In this document: positions 43,230 through 57,983 of the stretch, in pieces
Layout: every line of letters begins with the position of its first letter
How positions within the stretch are numbered: the first letter of the stretch is position 1
Source: Azolla caroliniana
Taxonomy: Eukaryota; Plantae; Polypodiophyta
DNA: 64,000 bases
Assembly: GCA_043228905.1 (NCBI GenBank)
Contig: JBHGNT010000010.1
Span: 12,214,001 to 12,278,000 of the forward strand
Direction of reading: 5' to 3'
Notes under the pieces: generated by a model
The model's database searches: none
What the model saw: only the letters and a program-made list of their open reading frames with translations
What the model was told of the DNA's origin: nothing
Translations under genes and position numbers: made by a program

Positions 43230-46200
43230 CAACATATATATACCACTCTCAGATCTTATCATCTCAATGCCAAGAAAGTATCTTAGCTCACCCAAATCCT
43301 TCATCTGAAATTGCATTTCTAGATTTTTCTTCAACTTAGTTATCTCTTCCATAGAATTACCTCCAATGATTAGATCATCAACATATATCAAGATCACAAC
43401 AATGCAATCATTTATCTTCTTTACATATAATGATTGATTAGCCTTTGACATTTTGAAAGCAAATTTTTTTAGAGATTCTGAAAGTTCCCTATGTCATGCT
43501 CTCGGTGCTTGTTTCAGTCCATAGAGAGCATTTTTCAGCTTACAAACATATTCAGGATGCTTCCTATCTTGAAAACCTGGTGGTTAAAACAAATACACTT
43601 CTTCTTCTAAGTTACTATGTAAAAAAACATTTTTTACATCCATATGGTGCATAACCCATCTTTTGGCTGCACTCACAACAAGTAGTGTTCTCAAGGTTGC
43701 CATCTTTGCAACCGGTGCAAATGTTTCATCATAATCAATACCTTGCATTTGGGCATATCCCTTTGCCACAAGTCTTGCTTTATGTCTACTAACATTTCCA
43801 TTGGAATCATGCTTTGTCTTGTAGACCCATTTACAACCTACCACATTTTTTCCTTTGGTAACTTTACCAAATCCCATGTTCTATTTTCAGCCAATGCATC
43901 TATTTCTTCTTGCATTGCATTCACCCATTTTTTCTCAGCCTTTGCTTCATCAAAGTTGTTTGGATCAGGGATTTGTACCACTTTAGACATGTATGCATAA
44001 TGCATAGCCATATATGTGTCATAGCCAAATCTTTCAACAATCTTTTTCTCTCTATCTGATCTTCTCAGTTTCCAATTTGCATCTTTCATTGCTTTTTTCA
44101 TACCAGGGATTTTCAGGGATCCTATACCAAGCTCATCATCCAATGATGTATTTGAATCTACATCTTCCATGTTTCTAGATCCATCATCAAGCATTTCATA
44201 TTCTGGCATTTTTTGTTTTCCCTTTTTATCATCATAATTTGTGTCTTGCACTTTTTCCACTCCATGCATTAGATTCAGATTTACTACCTGAGCTTCCAGA
44301 TGGTCCAGTACATTCCATTGATGTTGAACTTTGTTGTCCAACATTGCTGCCATCTATGTGGTTATCTCTTACATTTTTAAATTTATCCCTGTCTTCATTT
44401 TCATTGTCTTCATCAGTTTCTACATTTTATTTTGGGTTGTACTAGCTGCCAAACTCATCAAATATTACATCCTGACTTACCACAATCTTTTTTGTCAAAG
44501 GGTTATAACATCTATACCCTTTTTGCTCCTCTGAATATCCAACAAAAACACATTTTTCAGCTTTTGGATCAAGCTTACTTCTCACTTCAACAGGTACATG
44601 GACATAAGCAAGGCATCCAAACACTTTCAAGTGTCCTAAGCTAGGTTTCCTTCCATAGAAACATTCTTCAGGAGTTACCTCATGTACTCCAGATGTTATA
44701 CACCTATTTAGAATGTAGTTTGTTGTGTTTACAGCTTCTGCCCAGTAATACAATGACATATTTTTTTCTCTATCATTAATGCCCTTGCTATGTTTACCAA
44801 AGTTCAGTTTTTTCTCTCAGCAACTCCATTTTGATGTGGAGTATATCTACATGTGAACTGACTCCTTATTCCTTGATTGCATAGAAAATCAGAAAACTCA
44901 TTTGAGAAGTACTCTCCTCCTCCATAAGAACTTAAGCATTTTATTCTAGTTCCAGCCTGCTTTTCCACCATACATTTAAACTTACAAAATCAATCAAATA
45001 CTTCACTTTTTTCTTTCATGAAGTAAACCCATGTTTTCCTTGAGCAATCATCAATAAATGTTACATAAAACTTACATCCACTAATTGATGCATTTTTTGT
45101 TGGTCCCCATACATCCGTATGTACCAAATCCAACAAATTTTTGCTTACATGAGGGAAAGGCAACCTGTTTTGCTTTCCATATTGACATGTTTTACATACT
45201 TTTCCCATCTCACAGTCTTTGAGCTTAGGCAGTCAAGCCACTACATCTTTCCTCAACATATTTTTCAATGTTTGCATACTTATGTGACCGATTCTTTTAT
45301 GCCACATTTCCACTTCTGAGATTACACTCATTCCTTCTGTAAATATGGTTGTAATCTTCCTAGGCATATCCACATCTAACACAAACATCCTTCCTTCTCG
45401 TTTTCCTTTTGCAATGAGCTTTCCATTTTTCTCTATGAAGCACCCACTTTGCTTAAACTTAACTTGCATTCCTTGCTCTACTATTTGTCCAACAGAAATC
45501 AGATTTTTTGCAAGGTTTGGAACATGCATCACATTTAGCATATACTTTGTTTTTCCTTTTTCTTCCCACAATGGGATATCTCCAACATGCTCTATTTGGT
45601 GAGTAGTATTATCACATGTTTGTACATAACCAGGAACCTCTGGTTCTCTTAGAATTTCAAACCAGTTTTTATGTCATGTCATATGATTAGATGCCCCAGA
45701 ATCTACATACCACATAAACTCTTCATTACATCTCTATGAACATTCAACCACTGTTGTTATTTCATGTTGCATCACAAATGCACCATCTTTATCACAATCT
45801 TCACTAGTTGAGGCATAATTATTTTGTTGTCTCTTCCCTCTTTTTTCATCATTTTGCTTTGTAAAGAATCGGATGTGATTCTTGTGAAGCGTAAGAGATG
45901 TGAGTTATGTGTGAGTATGAGAGAGAGAGAGAGTGAGAGACAAGGAATAATACACAGAGAATACGCAAGGTAAAAGTATATTAACAAAGGAGAAAGACTC
46001 AACATTATACAAGGTGGGAGGAGGGTGCTTGTTATGTACACATAACGTTGGTGAGGGTAGGTCACTAATATTTACATTAGTGAAGGGTATGTTCACTATT
46101 ATTAAAAAGGGGACTAATGATTGGATAGAATGAATGATATGTGCATGCACTATCATGATTTAGACAACCAATGAATAGAGAGCCTTTTAGAAAGGCACAT

Positions 46201-46749
46201 CTATTCAAGGGGCCTAGGAAAAGGTATAAATATGAGGCTTAGCTACCCTCATAGGGATCACGTCGGAAGGCTGCTGTCGTAGACACCGGTGGTGCGGGCT
46301 AGGCTTTCGTCTCGACGATCGTGTTTATCTCTTCCAAGGTATTAGTCATCCTAATATCCGGCGGTATGGGACGTCGGTGGTAGGTTGGCTATGTCTAGAT
46401 CATAGCTCGGGGGTGGTCGGGTGGAACGGGTTCTTCTATCCAATCTATTTTCTTCCTTTTTACTTGATTTGGTCTATTGATTAGTAATAGACTCTTAACA
46501 GTGGTATCAGAGCTTTTACTAACAATTTTTTTGTTGTTTTGATGTTTTTTGCGTGTGAGCGAGGGGGATCTAACAAGGCTCGTCATGCTCTTCTCAGGAT
46601 CAAAACAACACTCTAAACCCGGTATTCTTCTTTTTTGATCTCTTCTCTTTTTCTATTATGCGTTCTTTATGGTCGAATCAAATTGGTATTACGTTTTATT
46701 CTCTTTCTTTCTACCTCCTACTACGCTACGATTTTACTTATTATTATGC

Positions 46750-47270
46750 ATCGGGCCGAGCGTGTTTGCACTAATCGCACACGCTCAACTCATGGCCTTT
46801 TGCATAATGCGATATATATCCCACTCTCTCCTCTCTTGAACTCTTACGATAATAATTATTCTTGTGCATTGGGTCGAGCGTGTTTGCTCTAATCGCACAC
46901 GCTTATCTCATGGCCGTTTTGCATATGATGTTGAGTATACCACTCTTCCCCTCTATTGAGCCATCACTTGGCCGATTCTAAGGGATGATGTGGCCTTGAC
47001 GAGGTGTATGTTGCCTACCTATGCCACTCTACTCTCTATTAAGCCATCAATTGGCCGATTCTATGGGATGTTGTGGCCTTGACAAGGTATATGTAGCTTA
47101 CATATGCCACTTTCCTTTTTAATTAGCCATCAATTGGCCGATTCTAAGGGATGATGTGGCCTTGACGAGGTATATGTCACTTACCTATGCCACTTTCATC
47201 TTTAATTAGCCATTACTTGGCCGATTCTAGGGATATGTGGTGGTCTTGAGGAGGTGCATGTCAACTACCC
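46750..47270 (+). repeat. Tandem repeats in the chromovirus 5' leader (~117 bp x2, ~70 bp x4)
   Basis: gccatca.ttggccgattcta.gggatg.tgtggccttgac.agg..tatg repeated four times; gagcgtgtttgc.ctaatcgcacacgct twice. Confidence 0.85.
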
Positions 47271-48259
47271 TAGGGTTTCGTATCTTAGGGCATATTTGAT
47301 TCCATACACCTAATTGTTGATTATTCTAATTAAATTTTAATTTCATAAGTATTGTTTCACTTATATGATTTTCTAGTAATTATTATTTACCCGCCCACAA
47401 TTAACTCTCCTTTTTCCACTTCCTTTTCATGTATAAAGTATTTACATCGTTTATTTTTAATGTAACCTTTACGTGTAGACTATTTTTTTCGTATGGAGTG
47501 GCTTGTTGAACGATTTTTTTTCCAACGGGTCATCTAGGTTTAACTCTTATCATCAAGCGTTAGAAAACGAGTAAAACCATATGAGTTCCCTTATTGATGT
47601 TTTACTCATGGATTTGAGTATTACATCTTTGCGCACAACACCGTCATCACTTGTATCAATTTGTGGCTTATGTCACAATTGTGCAAGTTATAACAATCAT
47701 ATTGGGATGTATATGTGCATACCTTGCACTTCCCATTTATTTGTGACATTGTTTTTTTTCGTAGGTAACACATGGGTTCTTTTTTTTTTTTACCCTTGTT
47801 TTCGTCACTACTTAACTCTTATGAGTAGTGCCTTATTTTATCATTTTATCATCACGTTTGCTTATTGCTCGCAAGACTAGAATATTACTTGTGAGTGCAC
47901 TTGTTTTTTCACGTAATACACTTTCTCGACCATATAATACATGATGGGTTGGCATTAATATAAGGCTATCTAGGAAATTTCATTGATGTAAGAACCATGG
48001 TTGAGCCTCGGGGAGCCGCCATGATTACTCAAGATAGAGATCCGAGAAATACATCTTAGCTATGTTTTCCCCCATGGTTTTTAAAACACCATAGTGTTAC
48101 CATAGTTATCGGATCTCGAATCACATCTCATATGTCTAGAGGGGTAAAGACATGAGATACTTTCTTGGATAAAGTTCTTTCAATCAAAATTTCAAGCATT
48201 CATTTTGCTTGTGTATTTTTTGAACCTCCTTATTTTATTGCATACCCACAGCGTGCATC

Positions 48260-51200
48260 ATGGAACAAGTTTTGAACGCAATTGGAACGATCTCTCCAAA
48301 TGAGACCTCTCAACCCCAATCCGCATCTCGCACACAAGCTGAGATCACTATTGAGCAATTGCTCACTACTACCTTGAATCAATTGGCCGAAATGAGACAG
48401 GCCAATATGGCATTGGAAAAGAAATTCCAAGAATTAACTATTGAGTCCAAGAAAGAAGGTGAACCTTCCTTCGTAGTCACGCCTTTCAAGGGAGATAAGA
48501 AAGAAAGAACCGAGGAGGCTATTAGCACTTGGCTTGGTCGTTGGGAGTCTCACTTTGAGCTTCATCCCAAGCCCGATGCAGTAAAAATTGGTTATGTCGG
48601 TCGTGAGTTAGGTGGCCGAGCTGCTGCTTGGTGGCGTGGCCTAAGGACCGCAAAAAACTTACCCACAACTTGGGAAGGTTTCGTTGATGTTTTTAAGAAA
48701 CTATTCTTGCAGCCACCTTCTCAAACCGAACAAGCGCAACACTTGCTCACATTGTCTAGTAAGCCATTTACCTCTCTCGAGGATTATGTGCATCACGCTC
48801 GGACCCAGATCCAAAAATCGGGACTTACGGGATACCATAGGACTTCCAAGAAAGACCACAATAAACCTGAGTTCGCCAAAACTCCGAATGTCAAGTTCAT
48901 TGGGAAACGTAAGCAATCCAGTGACACTCTTGACCGCGACTCAAAGAAACCGAACCTCTTCTGTGCATATTGCAAGAAGCGGGGCCACACAAAGGATACC
49001 TGTCGTCGTCTTGAGAGGAAGTCAATGAACACCCCTCCTCAAGACAAATCTACGAGTCACACAGGTGAGTCTTTTGATATTGTTGAAGTTCATACCAATC
49101 ACTTAAGTTTATGTGAATGCACTTTTCCTTCACATTTACTTGGACCTAATGATTTACTCCGAGCAGTCGGATATATCAATGGAACACAAGCACATTTCTT
49201 GTTTGATTCCGGTAGTTCTCACAATTTTCTTAATGATCACTTTGTGCAGCAAATGGAGCTCCACATAAACGCAAGTGATCATATCTATCAAGTTCACATG
49301 GCAAATGGAAACGTTCAATACATCAGTGGCATTGTTTGTCAACTGCCAATTCAAATAGATACTTATTTGGAGAAGCTTGACTTTCATGTTATGAAATTAC
49401 AATCCGCAGATGTCATTTTAGGATATCCTTGGTTTTTTAATAAAAACCCTTCTTTGTCCATTGATTGGGTTAATCACTCAATCACATTTGAACTTAATAA
49501 TTGTAAACATTTTATTCAATGTTCCAAACTTCCTTCTCATTCACTTGTGTCTTCTAAATCTTTAAGTGAGTATTCTAGTTCATTAATTTATTCGTGTGTA
49601 ATTGATCCTGCGGTTCAATTTTATTATTTTAATATTGACGCCACACAATTACCACATTTTGAGCAACGATTACTCGACTCTATTTTAGAGGATTTTCAAA
49701 ATGTGTTTCCTACTGAATTACCGCTTACTTTACCACCTAAACGTAATGTGGACCATCAAATTGAACTCATCCCTGGGGCTGCTCCTGTGAGCATTCCACC
49801 TTACCGACTTAGTCGATTAGAAGAGGATGAGATCGCTAAACAACTTAAGGAATACTTGAGTATGGGCCACATTAGGTATAGTAAATCACCTTGGGGTGCG
49901 CCAGTTCTATTAGTCAAGAAGAAGGAAGGTTCGTGGCGAATGTGTATCAATTATCGCCGTTTGAATAAAATGACAATTAAGAATGCATATCCATTACCTC
50001 GTGCCGATGATTTGATTGATCGTTTGCACGGGGCTCGATATTTTACGAAAATTGACTTACGAACTGGTTATCATCAGATTCGCATCGCCGAGGATGATAT
50101 TCCTAAAACCGCTTTTCGTACGCGCTATGGCCATTATGAGTTTTTAGTCATGCCGTTTGGGTTGACTAATGCACCAGCCACATTCCAACAAGCGATGAAT
50201 GATGTTTTCCGAGATCAACTCGGTGATTTTGTTGTCGTCTTCTTGGATGATATTTTGATATATAGCCGTACCTTGCAAGATCATGTTCAACATGTTCGAT
50301 TTGTTTTGCGAAAGTTGCGTGACAACTCTTTCTATGCAAAACATTCAAAATGTGACTTCTTCCAAAAATCTATTGTGTACCTAGGTCATTTAATTACAGA
50401 AAATGGCGTTGAAATTGAACCTTCTCGTATTGAAAAGGTTAAACTTTGGCCCATTCCTCGTAATATTCGTGAACTTAGATCATTCTTAGGGTTTGTTGGA
50501 TTTTTACGAAAATCAATTCGTAACTATTCCAAATTGACTACGCCATTAACTGACCTTTTAAAAGGTCATCCACGTAAGTCTGTCAAACCAATTTCATGGA
50601 ATGAACAACTTGACAAATCATTTGAGACACTCAAGGAGCATGTGTGTCAGGCTCCCACTCTTCTATTACCAAACCCTTCTAAGCCTTTCTCAATTGAAAC
50701 CGATGCTAGTGATTATGCTATTGGTGCCGTTCTTTATCAAGGTGGTCACCCTATCGCTTTTGAAAGTAAGAAGCTTGATGCTGCTCAATCTCGGTATTCG
50801 GTTCAAGAGAAAGAGTTGTTTGCGGTGATACACGCACTTAAAACATGGAGGCACTATCTCTATGGAAATAAATTTGTGGTTACAACAGACCATCAATCAT
50901 TAAAGTATTTTTGTGACCAGCCCGATCTTGTTGGTCGTAAAGGCCGTTGGGCTGACCTTATGCAAGATTTTGATTTTTCCATACGATATCGCAAGGGTTC
51001 TATGAACACCGTTGCTGATGCTCTTAGTCGCATTAAAGAAGTTAACATGCTTAGCTTCACGGAAATAAAATCTGATCTTTTAGATCACCTTCGAGGGAAA
51101 TACCTTGATGACAGTTATTTCTCAAAATACTGGACGAAAGCCGAATCTGGTTTAGATGCCGATACTAGCACCCTACCCTCGAAGGCGACCTTTCACATTA

Positions 51201-52549
51201 CAAACGGTTTGCTCTGCCGTAGTGGAAAGGTCTGTGTTCCCGATTTACCAAATGTTAAACAGAAAATTTTTCATGAATGTCATGATGCACCATCTGCTGG
51301 TCATCCTGGAATACAACGCACACTCGTTCTCATCTTGTGTACTTTTTTCTGGCCTAAGATGCGCTCTGACGTGCATAAATACGTAACTCAATGCTTACAA
51401 TGTCAGATTAATAAATCGGAACGACTTAAAGCTGCTGGTCTTTTACATCCCTTAGATATTCCCAACAATAAATGGGAAAGTATCTCGATGGATTTTATTG
51501 TTAGTTTACCTCGTACACAGAGGGGTCATGATGCCATATGGGTTGTCGTTGACAGGCTAACAAAATTAGCTAGATTTATTCCTACAAAAACCACGGTAAC
51601 CGCTCAACAGTTGGCTTATCAATTTGTTGATGAGTTATTTCGTTTTTATGGATTACCGATGGATATTGTTAGTGATCGAGATTCCAAGTTTACTAGTGAC
51701 TTTTGGACTCAGGTCTTTAAGAAACTAGAAACTACGTTGAGCATGAGTTCCGCAGATCATCCTCAGTCTGATGGACAAACTGAACGAGTTAATCAAATTA
51801 TTGAGGACATGCTTCGAGCTTATGTAGCAAAAACCCCTTCTAAGTGGGAGCAATACCTTCCTATCTTAGAATTTGCCTATAATAGCTCTAAACATACATC
51901 CACTGGATATAGTCCTTTTATGTTGATGTATGGTTTTCAGCCACGTGCCCCAGTTGATGTCACGATTCATCGGGATACATTAGACAGTACACACAATTTT
52001 TTGCAAGACATGAACCAAATGTTGCATATTGCCAAAGAAAATGTCAAGACAGCTCAAGATCGTGCTCGATTTTATGCTGATCAAGATAGACGTCCTCGTG
52101 CATTTACTATTGGTCAAAAAGTTTTTTTGCGTGTCCTGACTGATTCTACGTCATTATCTACGGGCAAGTGCGCTAAGTTAGCCCCACGATATTGTGGCCC
52201 ATTTGAAATCCTTAAGCGAGTTGGGTCATCTGCTTATCACCTTGCCTTACCTCGTAACGTTGGTATTCATCCTGTTTTTCACGTCAGTCGTCTAAAACCA
52301 TTTTTAGGCTCTGGTGATAACACCATCACAATCCAAGATCTTGTAACATTAGAGGATTTTTCTTACAAACCTCATGTTCCTGAACGAATTCTTGATTCTC
52401 GTACTAAACGTTTACGTTCTAAAGAGATTAGGCTATTCAAGATCAAATGGATGGATAAACCTATTGATGATGCCACATGGGAACGCGAGCATTCGCGTAA
52501 GGCACAATTTCCTCACTTTATATTGCAAGAGTGCAATCTTTTGAAGTAG
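48260..52549 (+). CDS. Gypsy gag-pol polyprotein (gag, PR, RT, RNase H, INT, chromodomain), 1429 aa
   Basis: [98 protein letters not shown]. Confidence 0.96.
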   Translation: MEQVLNAIGTISPNETSQPQSASRTQAEITIEQLLTTTLNQLAEMRQANMALEKKFQELTIESKKEGEPSFVVTPFKGDKKERTEEAISTWLGRWESHFELHPKPDAVKIGYVGRELGGRAAAWWRGLRTAKNLPTTWEGFVDVFKKLFLQPPSQTEQAQHLLTLSSKPFTSLEDYVHHARTQIQKSGLTGYHRTSKKDHNKPEFAKTPNVKFIGKRKQSSDTLDRDSKKPNLFCAYCKKRGHTKDTCRRLERKSMNTPPQDKSTSHTGESFDIVEVHTNHLSLCECTFPSHLLGPNDLLRAVGYINGTQAHFLFDSGSSHNFLNDHFVQQMELHINASDHIYQVHMANGNVQYISGIVCQLPIQIDTYLEKLDFHVMKLQSADVILGYPWFFNKNPSLSIDWVNHSITFELNNCKHFIQCSKLPSHSLVSSKSLSEYSSSLIYSCVIDPAVQFYYFNIDATQLPHFEQRLLDSILEDFQNVFPTELPLTLPPKRNVDHQIELIPGAAPVSIPPYRLSRLEEDEIAKQLKEYLSMGHIRYSKSPWGAPVLLVKKKEGSWRMCINYRRLNKMTIKNAYPLPRADDLIDRLHGARYFTKIDLRTGYHQIRIAEDDIPKTAFRTRYGHYEFLVMPFGLTNAPATFQQAMNDVFRDQLGDFVVVFLDDILIYSRTLQDHVQHVRFVLRKLRDNSFYAKHSKCDFFQKSIVYLGHLITENGVEIEPSRIEKVKLWPIPRNIRELRSFLGFVGFLRKSIRNYSKLTTPLTDLLKGHPRKSVKPISWNEQLDKSFETLKEHVCQAPTLLLPNPSKPFSIETDASDYAIGAVLYQGGHPIAFESKKLDAAQSRYSVQEKELFAVIHALKTWRHYLYGNKFVVTTDHQSLKYFCDQPDLVGRKGRWADLMQDFDFSIRYRKGSMNTVADALSRIKEVNMLSFTEIKSDLLDHLRGKYLDDSYFSKYWTKAESGLDADTSTLPSKATFHITNGLLCRSGKVCVPDLPNVKQKIFHECHDAPSAGHPGIQRTLVLILCTFFWPKMRSDVHKYVTQCLQCQINKSERLKAAGLLHPLDIPNNKWESISMDFIVSLPRTQRGHDAIWVVVDRLTKLARFIPTKTTVTAQQLAYQFVDELFRFYGLPMDIVSDRDSKFTSDFWTQVFKKLETTLSMSSADHPQSDGQTERVNQIIEDMLRAYVAKTPSKWEQYLPILEFAYNSSKHTSTGYSPFMLMYGFQPRAPVDVTIHRDTLDSTHNFLQDMNQMLHIAKENVKTAQDRARFYADQDRRPRAFTIGQKVFLRVLTDSTSLSTGKCAKLAPRYCGPFEILKRVGSSAYHLALPRNVGIHPVFHVSRLKPFLGSGDNTITIQDLVTLEDFSYKPHVPERILDSRTKRLRSKEIRLFKIKWMDKPIDDATWEREHSRKAQFPHFILQECNLLK

Positions 52550-55500
52550 GGGAGTATGTTATGTACACATAATGTTGGTGAGGGTAGGTCACTAATATTT
52601 ACATTAGTGAAGGGTATGTTCACTATTATTAAAAAGGGGACTAATGATTGGATAGAATGAATGATATGTGCATGCACTATCATGATTTAGACAACCAATG
52701 AATAGAGAGCCTTTTAGAAAGGCACATCTATTCAAGGGGCCTAGGAAAAGGTATAAATATGAGGCTTAGCTACTCTCATAGGGATCACGTCGGAACGCTG
52801 TTGTCGTAGACACCGGTGGTGCGGGCTAGGCTTTCGTCTCGACGATCGTGTTTATCTCTTCCAAGGTATTAGTCATCCTAATATCCGGCGGTATGGGACG
52901 TCGGTGGTAGGTTGGCTATGTCTAGATCATAGCTCGGGGGTGGTCGGGTGGAACGGGTTCTTCTATCCAATCTATTTTCTTCCTTTTTACTTGATTTGGT
53001 CTATTGATTAGTAATAGACTCTTAACAGTGCTTTATGTAGTCACCCTCTCTCTTCATTACTACAAGACTCATGGAGCATGGGGAATGTGAAAGCTCATAA
53101 GTTATGTGTCATAGAATATGATTCTATGACTCATACTAAATGCTAGAATACAAAGTGGTGACATAATGGTGACTCTTGACCGTTGGAGTGTCTCTTCACT
53201 CTCAAGGTGAGTTCACACACTAGACCAAGTTGAGCTTGATTCTTAACACGCCCCCTCAAGCTCAAGTCGGGCCGGTTTCAGACGGTATCTGAAATCCGCT
53301 TCAACTCGCGTTCCGGAGTCCGCGTCGACTCGCTTTATGCGGAGTTGCGGAATCCGTGCTCCAGCTTGCGTTGTGCGTAGTTACGAAGTCTGTGCTTCGG
53401 CTCGTGTCTTTCTTCGCAGCTTTGCACGGTAGATCGGCTCTTCGCTACTTCGTTGCGTGGTTGCGGAATCCACGCGTTATTGCGTAGTGCGCGGTTGCGG
53501 AATCTACGCGTTATTGCGTAGTGTCTTCAGTACTCCCCCTCAAGCTTGGCAGGTGAGGGATCGTCAATCCGAGATCGTTCATGAATTGCCATAGCTTGTC
53601 GGCTCCTAAGGCTTTAGTGAAGATGTCGGCCGTTTGAAGATTGGTGCTAATGTGTTGTAGGTCGACATCGCCAGCCAGAACGCGCCCTCGGATAAAGTGA
53701 TAGTGCACTTCGATGTGCTTTGTCTGCGCGTGGAACACCGGGTTCCGAGCCAGATAGATACTACTCATGTTGTCGCAGTAAAGGGAAGTCGGATCCTTGA
53801 TGGGTACGCCTAGATCCTTCAAAATCCTCTTGAGCCATACGGCTTGACACGCAACTACGGTTGCGCCCCTGTATTCCGCCTCCGTACTCGAAAGAGTGAT
53901 GGTAGGCTGCTTCTTGCTACTCTAGGATATTGCTCCTCTGTCGAGGGAGAAAATAAATCTGGAGGTTGATCTTCTATCAGCTTTGTAGTCGGCCCAATCA
54001 GCGTCTGTGTACCCCTCGAGTCATATTGGCATCGCGGACTTGTAGAGGATGTCGCAATCCATTGTGCCGCTCACGTAGCGTAGAACTCGCTTAGCACAAT
54101 CCAAGTGAGTATCACGCGGTGTTTGCATGAATTGGCTAAGGAGACCGACCGGATAACTGAGATCGGGTCGTGTCATCGTGAGGTAGATGAGACTCCCGAT
54201 GAGTTGCCAATACTGAGTCGGCTCACACGCTTTGGTGCCGGAGTTCGCATCTAGTTTGAGATTACGATTGAGCGGGGTTGCCACGGATTTGCACTTAGCC
54301 ATACTGAACTTGTATAACAAGTTGAGGATGTAGTGCCGTTGAGAAATCATGATTCCGGCCGGAGTCCGAATTACCTCAATGCCGAGGAAGTAGTGGAGTT
54401 CCTTCATGTCCGTCATCTTGAACTTGTCGGAAAGGAGGGATTTGACCTTATTGATTTCGATGAGATGCTCACCTCAAATGACTAGGTCATCCACATATAA
54501 ATAAGATGATGACGATCGGATTTGTGGAATCGCTTCGTATGTAGAGGGAGTTGTCCGATTTTGACATACGGAACCCGATTTGATGAAGATATTGCGTTAT
54601 CTTCGAATGCCAAGCACGCAGTGCTTGCTTGAGACCGTAGAGTGGCTTCTTGAGTCGGTAGACAACTTTCGGATGGGTGCTCGAGTTGAAGCCGGGTGGT
54701 TGGATCATGTACACCTCTTCTAATTCGCCTTGTAGAAAGGCGTTCTTGACGTCCATTTGATGGAGGTGCCACCCTTTCGCCGTGGCAAGTGCAATTACGG
54801 TTCGTACCGTCGTCATCTTTGCCACCAGGGCAAAGGTCTCTTCATAGTAAACTCAGTGCGTTTGTGCGTAGCCTTTTGCTACGAGTCGCGCTTTGTAGCG
54901 GTTGACGGAACCGTTAGCATTGTACTTCACTTTGTAAATCCATCTACATCCAATCGCCTTTTTGTATGGTGAGGTGGGAATGAGATCCCACGTCTCGTTC
55001 TTCCGTAGTGCCTGCATCTCCTCGTTCATTGCTTCGATCCATCGCGGGTCCTTCGCGGCTTCGGAAAAGGTTTCTGGCTCCCGTGCTGTCGCTACCTTCA
55101 TCATAAAGGCGTAATGGTACGCCATATAATCATTGTAGCCGAATCGGCTTATGGGGTTCTTTTCATGGGTGGATCGGCGAAGCTTTTCATTTGCAGAGAT
55201 GAGGGCTTTCTTTGCTCCGATTGGTACCTCGAAACCGCCGAATTCACTGTCGAGTGAGTGAGTCGACTCATTGCGTCGAAGCGATCATCTTCGTATTCCG
55301 TCATTTTCGCCTTGCCTTTGTCCATCTTCGAGCTAGGCCGTGATGTGCTTTGATCGCTCAAAGGCTCTTGTGGTCCGCTCAATCGGGTCGTGATCGGAAT
55401 TTCTTCGAACATGCGCGTAATTCGTGAGTTGTCAGCTTGTGGAAGCCAATTCACGCATCTTCTTTCGGCACTCTTCTTCGTGGTGGCCGAGCTTTCTGCA

Positions 55501-57558
55501 ATATCTGCATTCGGTTGCGTTTTGACGGCTTGGGCCGGAGTGGAAGCTCCCCCTTCTTGTGAAGGTTCCTTGTTGGCTTCCGTTTTGCGGCCGAAATTGG
55601 GAGTTGTTATCGTAGGTCGAACCTCGTCCGCCTTGTCCTTGGCCGAATCGGCCTCTCGCTCGTCCGCGTCCTCTTCCTCCGTTCGAGTGCGTGTAGAGCA
55701 TGTGGCCTTCTGACTCATTGCTCATTGTACACACGCGATTTTCTTCGACCAATAGCATTGATTGGAGCTCGAAGAAGGAGGGAGATTTCTCCCTTGCTAG
55801 AACGGCGGTTCGCATCGCGCCGAACCGTGGTGCGAGGCCATCGAGGCATATTTGCACCATCTCATCATCATCGATACTTACGCTTATTGAGCCGAGCGAG
55901 TCGCAAAGTTCCTTGATCTTCAAGGTGTATGTCGTGATGGACATGTCCCTTTGTTGAATGTTGTTCAACTCTTGGCGGAGTTGAAGCTTCCTCGTGGTCG
56001 TGTTGGCGGCGAAAATCTTTCGTAGATTTTCCCACGCTTCCTTCGGCGTCTTGGCTTCTCAAATGTAACCGAGCATGTGGTCATGAACACATGTCGCCAA
56101 ACAATACATCACGCGGCTTGCGGCTTGCTCCCATGTCACGTATTCGGGAGCCGCTTCGGTGGGTCCGTCTTCATGCGCTCCTTTGATGTAGCTCCAATAG
56201 CCTTGTCCGACAAGGTATTGGTGCATCTTGTACTCCCAAGATGCGAAGTTGTTTTGATCCAACTTCTCGGTAGGGAGAGCGCTCCCCAGTTGAGTATTCA
56301 TTATGTCGATTCTTCTTCTTCTTCTTCTCTCTTCGAACACTTGCTATGTAGCGAAGCTACGATAGCGATGAGCCGGTTCTTGGTCGTCGGCATGGAGCAC
56401 AACACACGATCACAATCAGGCGAATGGGCTAGATCGAGCTACCAAATCGCTCTGATACCATGTAAAGAATCGGATGTGATTCTTGTGAAGCATAAGAGAT
56501 GTGAGTTATGTGTGAGTATGAGAGAGAGAGAGAGAGAGTGAGAGACAAGGAATAATACACAGAGAATACGCAAGGTAAAAGTATATTAACAAAGGAGAAA
56601 GACTCAACATTATACAAGGTGGGAGGAGGGTGCTTTATGTAGTCACCTTCTCTCTTCATTAACTACAAGACTCATGGAGCATGGGGAATGTGAAAGCTCA
56701 TAAGTTATGTGTCATAGAATATGATTCTATGACTCATACTAAATGCTAGAATACAAAGTGGTGACATAATGGTGACTCTTGACCGTTGGAGTGTCTCTTC
56801 ACTCTCAAGGTGAGTTCACACACTAGACCAAGTTGAGCTTGATTCTCAACATGCTTTTTATAGCATTCAGCCTGTGTATGGCCTGGTTTTCCACAATACC
56901 AACAACCATCATCATTCAAATAGGTTTGCTTACCTCTTCCTCAATTGCTCCCCCTACCTCTAATGTTGTTTCTTCCACTTGTAACCTGTTGTCCTCTTCC
57001 TTGATAACTATTGTTGTTGGTTCTAGCTGAACCAAATCTTCCATGGCCTCTTGCCTGACCTCTTCCAACACTATTGTAGAGGGCTTGCCCCTCATTCTCT
57101 GAGTTTCCTTTGTTTACATCATCCATTTGATTTCTTTATTCTACTACAAGCATTGAAACTAGATCCGGAAAACTTGGGATACTATCCCTTGTGAGAATAG
57201 ATGTTTTGAAACTCTTGTATTGAGGTCCTAAGCCTCTTAAGCATATTTCCACCTTGTCATCATCTTCTATCTTCACATTAATAGAAAAAAGTGATTCACA
57301 TATGCTCTTTATTTCCAGAGCATACTCATTTACTGATATCTTACCTTTTTCCAAGGTATTTAGCTCAGTCTTCAACTGAAGCTTTCTTGCCTTTGTATTC
57401 ACTGCAAACAATATTACTAAATTGTCCCAAGCTTCTTTTGGAAGCATAGCATCTTGTATGTGTCCAAGCATCGAATCTGAGATGCTAAGTGACAACCAAT
57501 GCAATACCTTTCTTGCCCCTTGGTTCCATTCCTTAAATGCTTTAATATGTGCAACAGA

Positions 57559-57983
57559 TGTCAAGATTCGAACTCTTAACATAACCATGTTGTAATCGAG
57601 TGTTACGTGTTAACCACACATCTAACATATAATCATGTATATACTTCCTCATTGTAGGTTTTAGCTAGCATCATGTGCATAATTTCTCCCTTGTATTATT
57701 AACACTTGGCACATGCATGCGTACCTACTGCCTACATGCTCTATTGTATCACATGCGTGCAACAAGTATGCATGCCACTTAATATAAATAGTTGAGTTCA
57801 CCTTGAAGGAATTCAAGGTGAACAACGCCAGTCATCGACATATCAATCTAGTATTCCCATTTCGCCCATCCTCTCTCCTTGATCTTCATCTCTATCTTTA
57901 TGCTCTTGTTCCTCGCGTCATCGCTCCGTCATAGCCTCATCATCCGTGCTCCGTCTTACTCCGCGCTTGGTGTGTCCATGACA
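57559..57983. mobile_element. Solo LTR (425 bp) in copia C gag
   Basis: TGTCA..TGACA termini, degenerate flanks ACAGA/GTAGA; splits the gag sequence ENAS|VAHIK. Confidence 0.75.

Larger units (their letters stand above)
46030..53027 (+). mobile_element. Young full-length Ty3/gypsy chromovirus
   Basis: 471-bp LTRs 46030-46500 and 52557-53027 (4 substitutions counted by eye), perfect GTGCT TSD, Met PBS 46502-46513, PPT ~52543-52556. Confidence 0.96.
45860..56851 (-). mobile_element. Ale-like copia D; internally deleted (no protease or integrase)
   Basis: Perfect TGCTT TSD, 5' LTR 56461-56851, 3' LTR 45860-46029 plus 53028-53248, Met PBS 56449-56460; the gag zinc knuckle joins the pre-RT linker near 55413. 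Confidence 0.9.

Noticed and set aside
46950-47270. Regularly spaced repeats resembling a CRISPR array
   Set aside because: Whole ~70-bp units are homologous with no unique spacers; they lie in a eukaryotic retrotransposon leader with no cas genes.
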